From Spirochaetia bacterium (lineage in GTDB: Bacteria > Spirochaetota > Spirochaetia > SP-2023): a DNA stretch of 64,000 nucleotides. Positions 40,475 to 50,515 of this stretch are shown here, one piece after another (positions within the stretch are counted from its first letter, which is position 1; each line of letters starts with the position of its first letter). The stretch covers positions 1,376,001 through 1,440,000 of the forward strand of contig CBDDCK010000005.1 in NCBI GenBank assembly GCA_965225855.1, given 5' to 3'. The notes under the pieces are model-generated. The model saw nothing but the letters and a program-made list of their open reading frames with translations. It did not search any database and had not been told where the DNA came from. The position numbers and the translations under genes are program-made.

Positions 40475-43180
40475 ATGGCAGAACCACAAGAAATAAAAGT
40501 TAATGACGTAAAACCCTCAAAGAAAGCAGCAACCCAAAAGACCAGCTATAATTCTACCGCCAAAAAGGCCAATTCCTCAATACCATCAGGTAAAAAATTA
40601 CTTATTGTCGAAAGTCCAGCAAAGGCACGAACTTTGAGTAAATTTCTTGGCTCTAGTTTTCAAATCAAAGCTTCTGTAGGCCATTTGCGTGATTTACCAC
40701 AAAAAGGTAATTCACGCAAAGGGTTGGGTATTGATATTGAACACGGTTTCGCACCCGATTATCAAATTATTCCAGGTAAAGAAAAAATCGTAAAAGAGCT
40801 GAAAGCTTGGGCAGATAAAGCTTCGGAAATATTTCTTGCTCCCGACCCGGATCGCGAAGGTGAATCTATCGCTTGGCATTTAGCCGAACTACTTGAAGTT
40901 CAAGATAAACCGGTCTACCGTGTTACTTACGGAGCCATTACCAAAAAAGCTGTCAGTGAAGCAATCGCCAAACCGCGCGAAATCAATATGGATTTAGTGG
41001 ATGCCCAGCAGGGACGGCGTGTTCTTGACCGCTTGGTAGGTTTTGAATTATCGCCATTTTTATGGAAAAAAGTGGCAATGCGTCTTTCTGCAGGGCGTGT
41101 ACAGTCTGTGGCAGTGCGCTTAGTCGTTGAGCGTGAAAAACAGATTCGTGCTTTTACTCCTCAAGAATATTGGAAAATAGTCGCTGCATTAGAAGGTATC
41201 GACACAGAACAAAAGAAAGTTTGCTTTCGTGCTGAATTAAGTAAATGGCAGGAAGAACCTTTTGCATTAGGTCGCCAAGCAGCATCCTGTGAGGAAGAAG
41301 TAAATAAGATTTTGGCCCAATTGGAAGAAGCCGAGTATCGACTTTTTGAAGTGCAAAAAAAAGAAACACGGCGCAAACCTCCAGCGCCATTTATCACTTC
41401 CACCCTACAACAAAGTGCCAGTAATTTGTTTAGTTTTGGGCCATCGCGTACAATGAGTTTGGCCCAAAAACTTTACGAGGGGGTAGAAATTGGCAATGAG
41501 GGTCCGGTTGGTTTAATTACTTATATGCGAACAGATTCCACCCGAATTGATCCCGAGGCTATCGCAGAAGTACGTGGCTATATTAAAAGCAATTTTTCTA
41601 CTCACTATTTAGAACCCAAAGTCCGATTTTTTGGTTCCCAATCCAATGCTCAAGATGCTCACGAAGCAATCCGCCCCACATCGGTAGCCCTTACTCCTGC
41701 ATTGGTTAGCCCATATTTGGAAAGAGCTTGTCATCGGCTTTATACAATGATTTGGAATCGCTTTGTTGCTTCCCAAATGTCTGATGCACGCTATGCCCAA
41801 ACAAAGTTTCGCATTTCTGCGAGTCATGGCGTTTTTGAAAGCCGTGGGCGCATTATGTTGTTTGACGGTTTTACCAAATTATGGGGCGAAAATAACACCG
41901 AGTCTCGAAAAAACCAGAAGACGACAGTAAACGACAAAACAGACGATACACAACCAGATAAAAAAGAAAGCCCTGCTATAGAAGAACAGACCCTGCCTGA
42001 TATTGAACCCAATAGCATACTGGATAAACAAGAATTACAACCTTCACAACATTTTACCAAACCGCCGAACCGTTATACCGAAGCGGGCTTGATCAAAACT
42101 TTGGAAAAAGAGGGAATCGGTCGCCCTTCAACCTATGCCCCGATTATCAAAACGATTCGAGAAAGAGGATATGTTGTGCTAGATCAACGAGCTTTTAAGG
42201 CTTCGGAACTAGGCATAGCTGTAACCGAAGTGCTGGAAACAAACTTCCCCGAAGTCATGGATTTACGTTTTACAGCGGGTATGGAGCAAAACCTCGATAA
42301 AATCGAACAAGGCCAAGTTAATTGGGTCAAGATGATGGAAGGTTTTTATGGTAAATTCCATGACCAAGTCGTCTACGCTTCAGAACATGCACAAGTGCTT
42401 AAAGGGCGTTCTTACGATGGGCCAGAAAAATGCCCTTTGTGTGAATCGGCGATGGTTATTCGTTATTCTCGCAATGGTGCGTTTTTAAGCTGCAGTTGCT
42501 ACCCTGAATGCAAAGGGCTTCGCCCCATGCCCGGAGAAGGCGAAAGCAGCGATGACCAAGAACCGGTTGACTGCCCAAATTGTGAGCGCTTGATGATCAT
42601 CAAAACTTCCCGTTTTGGCCAAAAATTCCTAGCCTGTTCGGGCTACCCTGAATGCAAAACAGCCCAATCTATTACCCAAGATGGCGATCCCGATCTGCCA
42701 GAAATTGACCATAATTGCGAAGAATGTCAAAAACCCATGGTTGTCAAAGTTTCCCGTTTTGGTAAAAAATTCTTGGCTTGTTCCAATTACCCAGAATGTA
42801 AAAATACTCATCCTCTCGATGCGGAAGGCAACATTGTATTTTTGCCCAAAATCGAAGGCATGGTATGCGAAAAATGCGGTGGCGAGATGGCTGTAAAATT
42901 GGGGAAACGCGGGCTATTTTTGGCTTGTACGGGCTACCCCAAATGCCGCAACGCAAAGCCATTGCCCAGCGAAGGAAATGATGAAGACAACCTTCAAAAG
43001 GCTGCTACCCAAAAATCAACGGCTAAAAAAATAGCAACTAAGAAAACTACTAAAAAAACGGCAGCCAAAAAAACAAGTACCAAAAAAACAGCAATGAAAA
43101 AGACTGCCAAAAGAGCCCGTTCAAAAAATGCTCAAGCCCCAAAAAACCAGAAGCCCCAGAACAAAACTCAAAAGACCTAA
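40475..43180 (+). CDS. topA: DNA topoisomerase I (type IA) with four zinc ribbons and Lys-rich tail
   Basis: IVESPAKA, DPDREGE, SAGRVQS, LITYMRTDS, GIGRPSTYA; four CxxC...FLxCxxYPxC repeats. Confidence 0.98.
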   Translation: MAEPQEIKVNDVKPSKKAATQKTSYNSTAKKANSSIPSGKKLLIVESPAKARTLSKFLGSSFQIKASVGHLRDLPQKGNSRKGLGIDIEHGFAPDYQIIPGKEKIVKELKAWADKASEIFLAPDPDREGESIAWHLAELLEVQDKPVYRVTYGAITKKAVSEAIAKPREINMDLVDAQQGRRVLDRLVGFELSPFLWKKVAMRLSAGRVQSVAVRLVVEREKQIRAFTPQEYWKIVAALEGIDTEQKKVCFRAELSKWQEEPFALGRQAASCEEEVNKILAQLEEAEYRLFEVQKKETRRKPPAPFITSTLQQSASNLFSFGPSRTMSLAQKLYEGVEIGNEGPVGLITYMRTDSTRIDPEAIAEVRGYIKSNFSTHYLEPKVRFFGSQSNAQDAHEAIRPTSVALTPALVSPYLERACHRLYTMIWNRFVASQMSDARYAQTKFRISASHGVFESRGRIMLFDGFTKLWGENNTESRKNQKTTVNDKTDDTQPDKKESPAIEEQTLPDIEPNSILDKQELQPSQHFTKPPNRYTEAGLIKTLEKEGIGRPSTYAPIIKTIRERGYVVLDQRAFKASELGIAVTEVLETNFPEVMDLRFTAGMEQNLDKIEQGQVNWVKMMEGFYGKFHDQVVYASEHAQVLKGRSYDGPEKCPLCESAMVIRYSRNGAFLSCSCYPECKGLRPMPGEGESSDDQEPVDCPNCERLMIIKTSRFGQKFLACSGYPECKTAQSITQDGDPDLPEIDHNCEECQKPMVVKVSRFGKKFLACSNYPECKNTHPLDAEGNIVFLPKIEGMVCEKCGGEMAVKLGKRGLFLACTGYPKCRNAKPLPSEGNDEDNLQKAATQKSTAKKIATKKTTKKTAAKKTSTKKTAMKKTAKRARSKNAQAPKNQKPQNKTQKT

Positions 43181-43237
43181 AAGACTCAATAGACCAGGTG
43201 CAATAGATTTAAGCCCCCTACTTTTTGAATTACATTT

Positions 43238-44437
43238 ATGAATAAAGCAATGCAAGATTTTTTTGACCAATTACAAGCTTTAAAATTCTGGTTAGAAGGA
43301 ATTATACCTTTAGTCTTAGTGTTAGTTGCCTATTATGCAATTTTATTCATTTTACGTAAGTTATGTAGAAAAGAACAATTAGATAATAAATGGTTCCAAA
43401 CTTGGCGTAACCTAGGCGGGCTTGCCTATATTATTGCATTATATCAGCCCTTATTGCTTTTTGTTCCAGAATTGAGCCAGAGCTTAGAAAGTTTTGGCAA
43501 AGTTTTTACCAGCCCGCTATTTGACAAAGAAAATGGACTTAGCTTAATCTCTTTGCTTTTGCTTCTACCAATATTTTTTGTATCCAGCAGGCTAGCTACC
43601 GGTTTAGTCAAATTATTAGAACTCCACCTAGACCGCAATCATTTATTACAAAAGAAAATGTCGAAAGCCGATATACCTGCATTACTAACCATATTATATT
43701 ACGTTCTACTATCATTATTCTGCCTATTAGGCATTAACCTTGTCGGCATCAATTTATCTTCACTGGGTGTAATTCTTGGTGCATTGGGTTTGGGCATTGG
43801 TTTTGGTTTGCAAAATATAGCCGCTAACTTTATTTCTGGTATAACCTTATTATTAAACAGTCATATTCAATCTGGCGATTTTATCCGAACCCCCAAAGCC
43901 TTTGGCACTGTCGAGCGTGTTGGTTTGATGAATACGATTGTGCTGACCATAGAGCACGAAAATTTAATTATCCCCAACCAATATTTACTCAATGAAATTA
44001 TTGAGAACGCATCTTATGAAAACAACCGCATCGTACAGCTACATTTACCCGTAGGGGTTAGCTATGAGTCGGACTTGGACTTGGTGGTAGAGCTGTTGAA
44101 AGAAGTTTTAGAACGCAACCCTTATTTTCCAGAAAATTGGGAACAACAAAAAAATGCTCTTAGAAGCTACCAGAACAATGGCAACATCAACGGCAAAACT
44201 TGGGGCAGCAAAGGTAGCTATTGGCTCAAAGGTTTTGAAACCTCTGCGATTGAATTTGAAGTGAGAATGATGATTGAAAATATTGACGTATGCCGAGCCG
44301 CTACCCATTGGTTTTATATGGAAATCTGGCGAACCTTTAAAAAACACGGTATCATCATACCTTTCACCCAAATCGATGTTCATATATTTGACGCGAGAGA
44401 ACAACAGATACAATCTGTAACAGGCTTTGGCTTATGA
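43238..44437 (+). CDS. Small-conductance mechanosensitive channel (MscS family)
   Basis: LGLGIGFGLQNIAANFISG, LIIPN, VGVSYESD, IPFTQIDVH. Confidence 0.93.
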   Translation: MNKAMQDFFDQLQALKFWLEGIIPLVLVLVAYYAILFILRKLCRKEQLDNKWFQTWRNLGGLAYIIALYQPLLLFVPELSQSLESFGKVFTSPLFDKENGLSLISLLLLLPIFFVSSRLATGLVKLLELHLDRNHLLQKKMSKADIPALLTILYYVLLSLFCLLGINLVGINLSSLGVILGALGLGIGFGLQNIAANFISGITLLLNSHIQSGDFIRTPKAFGTVERVGLMNTIVLTIEHENLIIPNQYLLNEIIENASYENNRIVQLHLPVGVSYESDLDLVVELLKEVLERNPYFPENWEQQKNALRSYQNNGNINGKTWGSKGSYWLKGFETSAIEFEVRMMIENIDVCRAATHWFYMEIWRTFKKHGIIIPFTQIDVHIFDAREQQIQSVTGFGL

Positions 44438-44574
44438 TTGGATTGGGTTTATACTGGATTTATGATTGTTGCAGATTTTTCGCATCATAGAAAAGAGAGT
44501 CAAAAAATCTTGTCTATGTAAGCATTTTACATAAGCTATCACATTCGCAAGTTTAGGAGGGGAGGAACTAAGCA

Positions 44575-45582
44575 ATGAAAAAAGGGAATGATCAACGGAT
44601 TTTCCACTTAGGAAATATTTGGGGCAATATTATAAATATTATTTTGGGCAATATTTCTTGGGCGAGAATTATTCTGCTATGTGCATTATTATCTATACTA
44701 TGGTTGATGCCCATTATCTTTGAAGTGGTAATGCTGCATGCTTATGATATACCTACCCAGGATTATTCTGTGCGCAAAGGCGATACTCTGTATTCTTTAG
44801 CTCGGCGTTACGGTGTTTCGGTAAACGAAATTATGCGTGTCAATGAGCTAGAAAACAGCACGGATATAAAACCGGGAATGTTGCTAAAAATTCCCGCTAA
44901 AAAATTTCCCGGCCAAGGTAGGCGTTCAAAAGATAGCACAAAAAGCAGTTATAGTGCCCATGTTGTGGCTGCGGGCGAAACATTTTATGGCATTGCACGC
45001 AAGTATTCCATGTCCATTAATGAATTGTTAGAGCTCAATGGTTTAAGTTCCAATACTTTATTGAGGCGCGGCCAAAAATTGGTCGTAAAAAACACAATCC
45101 AAAAACAAGAAAATTCTGCAAAAAACAGTAGCTACCAAAGCTCTCATTTTGAAAATGTCTCTGATGAAGAATATTACTGGCCCACATCTGGCAGAAGAGA
45201 AATTTTAGAAAATAAGTTGCAAGGTGTTCGGATATTGGCTACCAACCGCAGTTTAGTGTATGCCGTCTGCGATGGTAAGGTCATGTGGAAAGGGCCATAT
45301 CGCAGCTATGGTGTGGTTGCGCTAGTGGCCAGTGCCGACGGTTATATTTATTTATATGGAGGCAATGTGCATTTCTTGGTCAATGTTGGCCAAAATATTC
45401 GTAAAGGTGAACCACTGGGGAAGGTTGATTCTAAAGTGAAAAACCAATTGGCTGGACAATCTCAAATTTACCAAGGCCATAACCAACAGCTAGCTACAGC
45501 ACAAAAATATCCTAATCAGGTTTATTTTTCTGTGTTCCGCAATGGGGAATTTATACCCATTCAAAATGCCCCAAGAAGTTAA
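44575..45582 (+). CDS. LysM x2 plus M23-like (degenerate) peptidoglycan-binding protein
   Basis: YSVRKGDTLYSLARRYG and HVVAAGETFYGIARKY LysM domains; C-terminal YWP...VYAVCDGKV...YG..V...VNVGQNIRKGEPLG. Confidence 0.88.
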   Translation: MKKGNDQRIFHLGNIWGNIINIILGNISWARIILLCALLSILWLMPIIFEVVMLHAYDIPTQDYSVRKGDTLYSLARRYGVSVNEIMRVNELENSTDIKPGMLLKIPAKKFPGQGRRSKDSTKSSYSAHVVAAGETFYGIARKYSMSINELLELNGLSSNTLLRRGQKLVVKNTIQKQENSAKNSSYQSSHFENVSDEEYYWPTSGRREILENKLQGVRILATNRSLVYAVCDGKVMWKGPYRSYGVVALVASADGYIYLYGGNVHFLVNVGQNIRKGEPLGKVDSKVKNQLAGQSQIYQGHNQQLATAQKYPNQVYFSVFRNGEFIPIQNAPRS

Positions 45583-45608
45583 AAACAAAAAGAATTCATC
45601 ATTTGGTA

Positions 45609-46547
45609 ATGAAAAATTCACTGAAGGGCTTTTTACTGAATATTTGGAAGGGCATGGCGATCGGTGTTGCAAATATTGTTCCAGGGCTTTCTGGCAGTAC
45701 GATTGCTTTATTACTAAATATTTTTGAACGCTTATTACAAAGCATTCGAGCTATCAACATCAAAACTTTACAGTTATTTTTCTCTGGTCGCTTCCGAGAA
45801 TTCTGTTATCGCAGCGATTTTATGTTTCTACTATCGGTTTTGATTGGCATATTGTTGGGCAATGTTTTGCTGGCCCAATTGCTCAATTATCTATTTATTT
45901 ATTATCCGATATATACTTGGGCTTTCTTCTTTGGCTTAGTACTTGTTTCTATTTTTTTCGTTAGCAAACATGTTTCCTACTGGTCAAAATCATGCTGTGT
46001 GGCTATATTTTTGGGAATCGCAGTAGCCTTGGCTCTCACAGCATTTCCCCTTGCAAGTAGCAATTCTTCAGCGTGGTATCTGTTTATCTGTGGTATTATT
46101 GCCATTTGTGGCATGATTTTGCCTGGTCTATCGGGCTCTTATATTTTAATTTTATTGGGCAATTACCAATTAGTCATGATCGAAGGGCTAGGCACATTAC
46201 AAATGCATATATTGGGACCTTTTTTAGTTGGGGTTTTGTGTGGGCTTTTCAGTTTTACCCATGTTTTGGCTTTTTTACTCAAAAGATATTATAACCAAAC
46301 AATGGCCATACTTTGCGGTTTTATAGCCGGTTCCCTGCGTAGCTTATGGCCTTGGAAACAAGAGATTTTGCAAGATTTTGGCACGAAACAAAAAGTTATA
46401 GGTTATGATTATTTTATCCCTGCGTTCGATATTTCTTTTTATTTAGCCATAGTATTTTTACTACTTGGGGCCGCTATAATTGTATTTTTAGAAGCTCCCA
46501 AAGATAAAAAATCCAGAATACTTGACAAGTATAAACAATTTTCATAA
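45609..46547 (+). CDS. DUF368 family membrane protein (putative undecaprenyl-phosphate translocase)
   Basis: KGMAIGVANIVPGLSGSTIA and MILPGLSGSYILILLG re-entrant motifs; GSLRSLWPWK. Confidence 0.9.
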   Translation: MKNSLKGFLLNIWKGMAIGVANIVPGLSGSTIALLLNIFERLLQSIRAINIKTLQLFFSGRFREFCYRSDFMFLLSVLIGILLGNVLLAQLLNYLFIYYPIYTWAFFFGLVLVSIFFVSKHVSYWSKSCCVAIFLGIAVALALTAFPLASSNSSAWYLFICGIIAICGMILPGLSGSYILILLGNYQLVMIEGLGTLQMHILGPFLVGVLCGLFSFTHVLAFLLKRYYNQTMAILCGFIAGSLRSLWPWKQEILQDFGTKQKVIGYDYFIPAFDISFYLAIVFLLLGAAIIVFLEAPKDKKSRILDKYKQFS

Positions 46548-46550
46548 TCT
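46522..46550 (+). promoter_or_regulatory. Strong sigma70-like promoter overlapping the DUF368 3' end
   Basis: TTGACA-17 nt-TAATCT. Confidence 0.6.
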
Positions 46551-46634
46551 TTTACTTATGATTTTCAACCTAGGCTCAAGCGTTGCGCTTAGAACGTTTT
46601 TCTTTACCTTAAATTGAGCATTTGTTACTTATCA

Positions 46635-46670
46635 AGCCCGTAAAACTATTATTAGCTTTACGGGCTTTTT
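46635..46670 (+). terminator. Intrinsic terminator or attenuator hairpin
   Basis: AAGCCCGTAAA-loop-TTTACGGGCTTTTT. Confidence 0.75.
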
Positions 46671-46743
46671 GCGTTCGCGCTCGTGGCTTATGTAGCTACA
46701 CAACTTACCAAAACAAAAAACAAAAAATGAAAGGAGCACTATT

Positions 46744-47899
46744 ATGAAAAAGTACCTACATAAACCAGCTTGGACTGGTACATTCTTAGACATGTTTACC
46801 CTTTGTGCCATGGGCTTGTTGCAACCCGCCAGAAGAAAGTAACGACGGTGGCGGTTATACACCGATTGATACAGCTTCCATCATGGTAAACCTCTCACCA
46901 GACTATATGGCTGTGCAATGAGTCATAGGATATATTGGGTACACAAAACAACTAACGCAGCTTATAAATTTGATTTAGGTTATGCATTTATCAATAATAG
47001 TTATAGCTCCCATGACCTAATCAAAGATACAAGGAGGCAAAGTATATTCCAGTAGATAAAAATGGGAATATCTATAGTGCTTATTTAACAGTCGATGTCC
47101 GTAACTCAGGCGATGTTAATATCCAACAGATTGGGCACCCAGAATATAGATTCGGTAGTGCCTACTCCTCCCGTGAAAATCAATTTATATGGGCTGCGGA
47201 TACAGATGGCAATAGCATTTAATAGGCACACACAACGAAAATCAAAAGGACAAGCGCTTTCTCTTTAGGAATGGCGCAACCGGTCAGTTTACCAATACTA
47301 CCGGCGAAAGATGGCTTTAAGCCCATGCTATTGCTTACCAGCCCCGATGGCAAACTCTATAGCCTATCTAAGAAAAGGAAAGATGGTTACAGTAATTATT
47401 TTGTACACCAAATTATCCTAGAAGGTGGCAAGCCGGTGGTAAAGAAAATACACAAACAATCTTTGAATAGATATTTAGGGTCATCACAGTGAAAAATGAT
47501 GCGTTTTAAAGATGAAGTTATTGTTTATAAAGGGTTTTGGTGATCACTATGGTGGTTTTATCCTGAAGGTCTATAACTGACTGGAATATCCCTGTAACAG
47601 GCTTAACCTCTAAATATCAAAACAATGGTGAGCATATCTTTACTTTAACTGATAGTGCCATTATCAAGATTGATCGGCTAACGGGTAGCAAGACTACAGT
47701 CTATAGCAAAAACAGCAGTGATAGCCTCGATTCCTTTGATATTTTGAATGATGGCACAATCTATTTTAGTGGCACAGACTGGCCGAACAACGATGGTGCT
47801 AAGATTATTGGCAAAGTCAACCCTACAACAGGCAAGGTAGAAACAATAGTCAAAGGCCTTAAAGAAAATATTTCTATATCCCTTACCTGCGCAAACTAA
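46744..47899 (+). pseudogene. Fragmented lipoprotein gene with beta-propeller-like repeats
   Basis: AAGGAG SD plus MKKYLH...; after a frameshift CNPPEESNDGGG; pieces VDKNGNIY, ADTDGNSI, SPDGKLYSL, FDILNDGTIYFSG...GKVNPTTGKVE in shifting frames with many stops. Confidence 0.7.
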
Positions 47900-48029
47900 A
47901 ACCATAGCTTGCTTGGTACTTACAAGGTTTAGTACCAATCGCACTGAACCTTGTAAACTATCAATCTACCCGCCCTGCTTGATTTTTGTTGGAGTATTGA
48001 GTAAGCTTATTACTATAAACAAAAATAGG

Positions 48030-48113
48030 TTGGTAGCAAGTTACTACCAAATTGGTAGTGGAATAATACTAGGTTAGTAAACTACTACCAATTTGGTAGT
48101 AGTGAATAATCTA
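48030..48113. repeat. Duplicated palindrome ACTACCAA-W-TTGGTAGT
   Basis: 17-bp palindrome 48043-48059 and 23-bp palindrome 48081-48103, each followed by GAATAAT(A)CTAG. Confidence 0.8.
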
Positions 48114-48245
48114 GTTGTTGTAGCCGAGTTTTTATAACATTATAATTTAGCGGGCCTTGTGAGCAATTACCTTTATTTTACATTACTACTATATTGGGTA
48201 TAATCTTATTTATAATCCTTATATCCTTATAAAGGAGCCAATAAA

Positions 48246-48434
48246 ATGACCGACCAAGAATTCAAAGACTTAGTAGTGGGCTTAGCCATTGCCCAAGTCT
48301 AGACCGATAGACAGATAAAACAGCTATGAGCTTTGCAAGGCTAGACCAATAGACAGCTCAAACAGCTAAGAGCTTTGCAAGCTAAGGTTTAAAACCAGAT
48401 TAGAGAGCTGAAAATATATATCGAAGCCGTGTAG
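48246..48434 (+). pseudogene. Remnant of a DUF3782-like coiled-coil protein
   Basis: AAGGAG SD; MTDQEFKDLVVGLAIAQV*TDRQIKQL*ALQG*TNRQLKQLRALQAKV*NQIREL; 42-bp repeats; four in-frame stops. Confidence 0.6.
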
Positions 48435-48633
48435 AGAGTTGCTTGTTGACCTATATAGGATATAAATAGGATTCCAATCAATAACACCTAGGATTAGCTT
48501 ACTCTTTATTTAATACTAATACATAACTTAGTCTATAGCTATCGAACATGGGAGCAATAATTGCGCTAGAAAAAAACATTTTAAGCCGTAACTTGCTTCC
48601 CTAGTGAGAGACAATTCTCTATAATGCTGACCT

Positions 48634-49470
48634 ATGTTTGGTTTTCAACTCACTAAATGGTTCTGGACCCTGTGGGACAATCTATTGACCATAGTACTAC
48701 TAAACTTAGCCTCCCTTGCTACCTTAGGCGCAGCATTATATCTATTGATAGACCTGCTAGTCCACTTGACACCTAGCCTATTTGCCACCAGTCTGATTCT
48801 AGTAAGTAGCTTTAGCATGCTATTTTTGTACACTCTATTCTTGCACCTCTGTGCTCTAATTAATTATTCCATAGTTAAGAATCAAAGTAAAGACTGGAAG
48901 GCTTGCTTGCGCAAAACCCTTTCCAAGCGCAGCCTGTTTGCAGTCCTACTAGCAGACCTACTCTGGGTTAGCCTATTGGGCCTCTACTACATTAGCTGGA
49001 ATTTTTATAGCCAACAGAGCAACATATTGAGCCTATTGGCCCTAGGAATCATGTTCTGGTTAGGAATATTCTTCCTATTAGCCAACGGCTTTTACCTACC
49101 CCTATTAGTCCGCGAACAATTTGCCTTTAAAGAGGCATTCAAACGCAGCATTCTCATCTGTTTAGACAATCTATTGCTAGCCTTGCTACTAGCCTTAGCC
49201 TGCCTGCTATTGACGGCTGTATCGGTTATCCCACCATTTATGATATTGTTTGGCGCAGTTGGGCAAAGCCTATGGTATGAAGTGAGTATCCGAATCCTAT
49301 ACTATAAATACCAATATATACAACAATTGAGCCAAGAAACTCAAGAAAGGCTAGAAGGCCAGAACAACCATAAAAAGCTTGCCATACCTTGGCGGGCTCT
49401 ACTGCGCGAAGAGCGCGAACAAATCGGCCCAAGGAGCTTACGCAACCTAATCTTTCCATGGAAGGACTAA
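48634..49470 (+). CDS. Membrane protein (DUF624/YesL-like)
   Basis: WFWTLWDNLLTIVLLNL, multiple TM helices, C-terminal IGPRSLRNLIFPWKD. Confidence 0.7.
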   Translation: MFGFQLTKWFWTLWDNLLTIVLLNLASLATLGAALYLLIDLLVHLTPSLFATSLILVSSFSMLFLYTLFLHLCALINYSIVKNQSKDWKACLRKTLSKRSLFAVLLADLLWVSLLGLYYISWNFYSQQSNILSLLALGIMFWLGIFFLLANGFYLPLLVREQFAFKEAFKRSILICLDNLLLALLLALACLLLTAVSVIPPFMILFGAVGQSLWYEVSIRILYYKYQYIQQLSQETQERLEGQNNHKKLAIPWRALLREEREQIGPRSLRNLIFPWKD

Positions 49471-49483
49471 GGAAAGCCATTAC

Positions 49484-50443
49484 ATGCACATCTGGCAATC
49501 GAAAGACTTAGAGCAAATGCTACACCCCAATGATTGGCTAAGCCTACAAAGCCAAGTCTATGAACGGTTTCCCCCAATGAAGCCAATAGCCACACAAGTA
49601 AAGTCAAAACTAAGCCTTTTGCCAAACGTACGCGGCGTACTATTTGACATTTACGGCACCCTACTCATATCCGATTCTGGCGAACTTTCCACTGCAAGAG
49701 AACTACAAGAGCAGAATGGCTCAAGTGGACGAGAACACCTAGCCTTAGATATTCTACCCCAACACTTGCGCACATCGCTACCAGAAGGCTTTACACCCAC
49801 CAAAGAACTAAAAAGGCATATTATAGAGCAGCACAACAAGCTTAAAAGCCCAGCCATACAATATCCTGAAGTAGATATAATCGCCATATGGCACCAAATA
49901 TTTTTAGAACAGCTACCCAAAGATATGCACCATCACCTAAGCCCCTTACTGCTAGCACGCTTCGCACTGGAATACGAACTACTGTATAACCGCACCCAGC
50001 TGATGCCCGGCTGCTTAGAGCTAATCAAGTGGTTGTTTACTCGGGACTTTTACCTTGGTATCATTTCTAATGCCCAATTCTACACACCCATTATCCTAGC
50101 CACTCTATTTAGCCTGCGCAACCTAAAGGACTTACATATCAAGCCCAACTTGTGTTTTTGGTCCTATCGCTATGGTTACAGCAAACCCCAACCACAGCTA
50201 TTCCAACACGCATGCAAGGCCTTAGCAAAGCATAACCTAGAACCCAGTGAAGTACTCTATATAGGCAATGATATGCGTAACGATGTCTGGGCTGCAGCCC
50301 AAGCTGGCTTTCAAACCGCACTATTTGCCGGTGACCAACGGTCTTTGCGTTTGCGCTTAGATATACAAGAAGTGGCCGATACACAACCCAATCTAATTGT
50401 TACCGAACTGAGGCAGCTCAAAAGCGTTTTGTCACTAGAATGA
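49484..50443 (+). CDS. HAD superfamily hydrolase
   Basis: FDIYGTL, GIISNAQFYT, KP, YIGNDMRNDV. Confidence 0.92.
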   Translation: MHIWQSKDLEQMLHPNDWLSLQSQVYERFPPMKPIATQVKSKLSLLPNVRGVLFDIYGTLLISDSGELSTARELQEQNGSSGREHLALDILPQHLRTSLPEGFTPTKELKRHIIEQHNKLKSPAIQYPEVDIIAIWHQIFLEQLPKDMHHHLSPLLLARFALEYELLYNRTQLMPGCLELIKWLFTRDFYLGIISNAQFYTPIILATLFSLRNLKDLHIKPNLCFWSYRYGYSKPQPQLFQHACKALAKHNLEPSEVLYIGNDMRNDVWAAAQAGFQTALFAGDQRSLRLRLDIQEVADTQPNLIVTELRQLKSVLSLE

Positions 50444-50515
50444 ATAAACTAGGCTTGCCATAGATAGCCCCCTAAGTTATGCTGCAACAGCTACATTTAC
50501 AAGATAGGAATACCG

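Noticed and set aside
22663..48434. Stop-codon reassignment explaining in-frame stops (22663-24145, 48246-48434)
   Set aside because: All three stop types interrupt these ORFs, and conserved genes end normally with TAG (rpsL, rpsG, rpsN), TGA (rplN, rplV, fliR) and TAA
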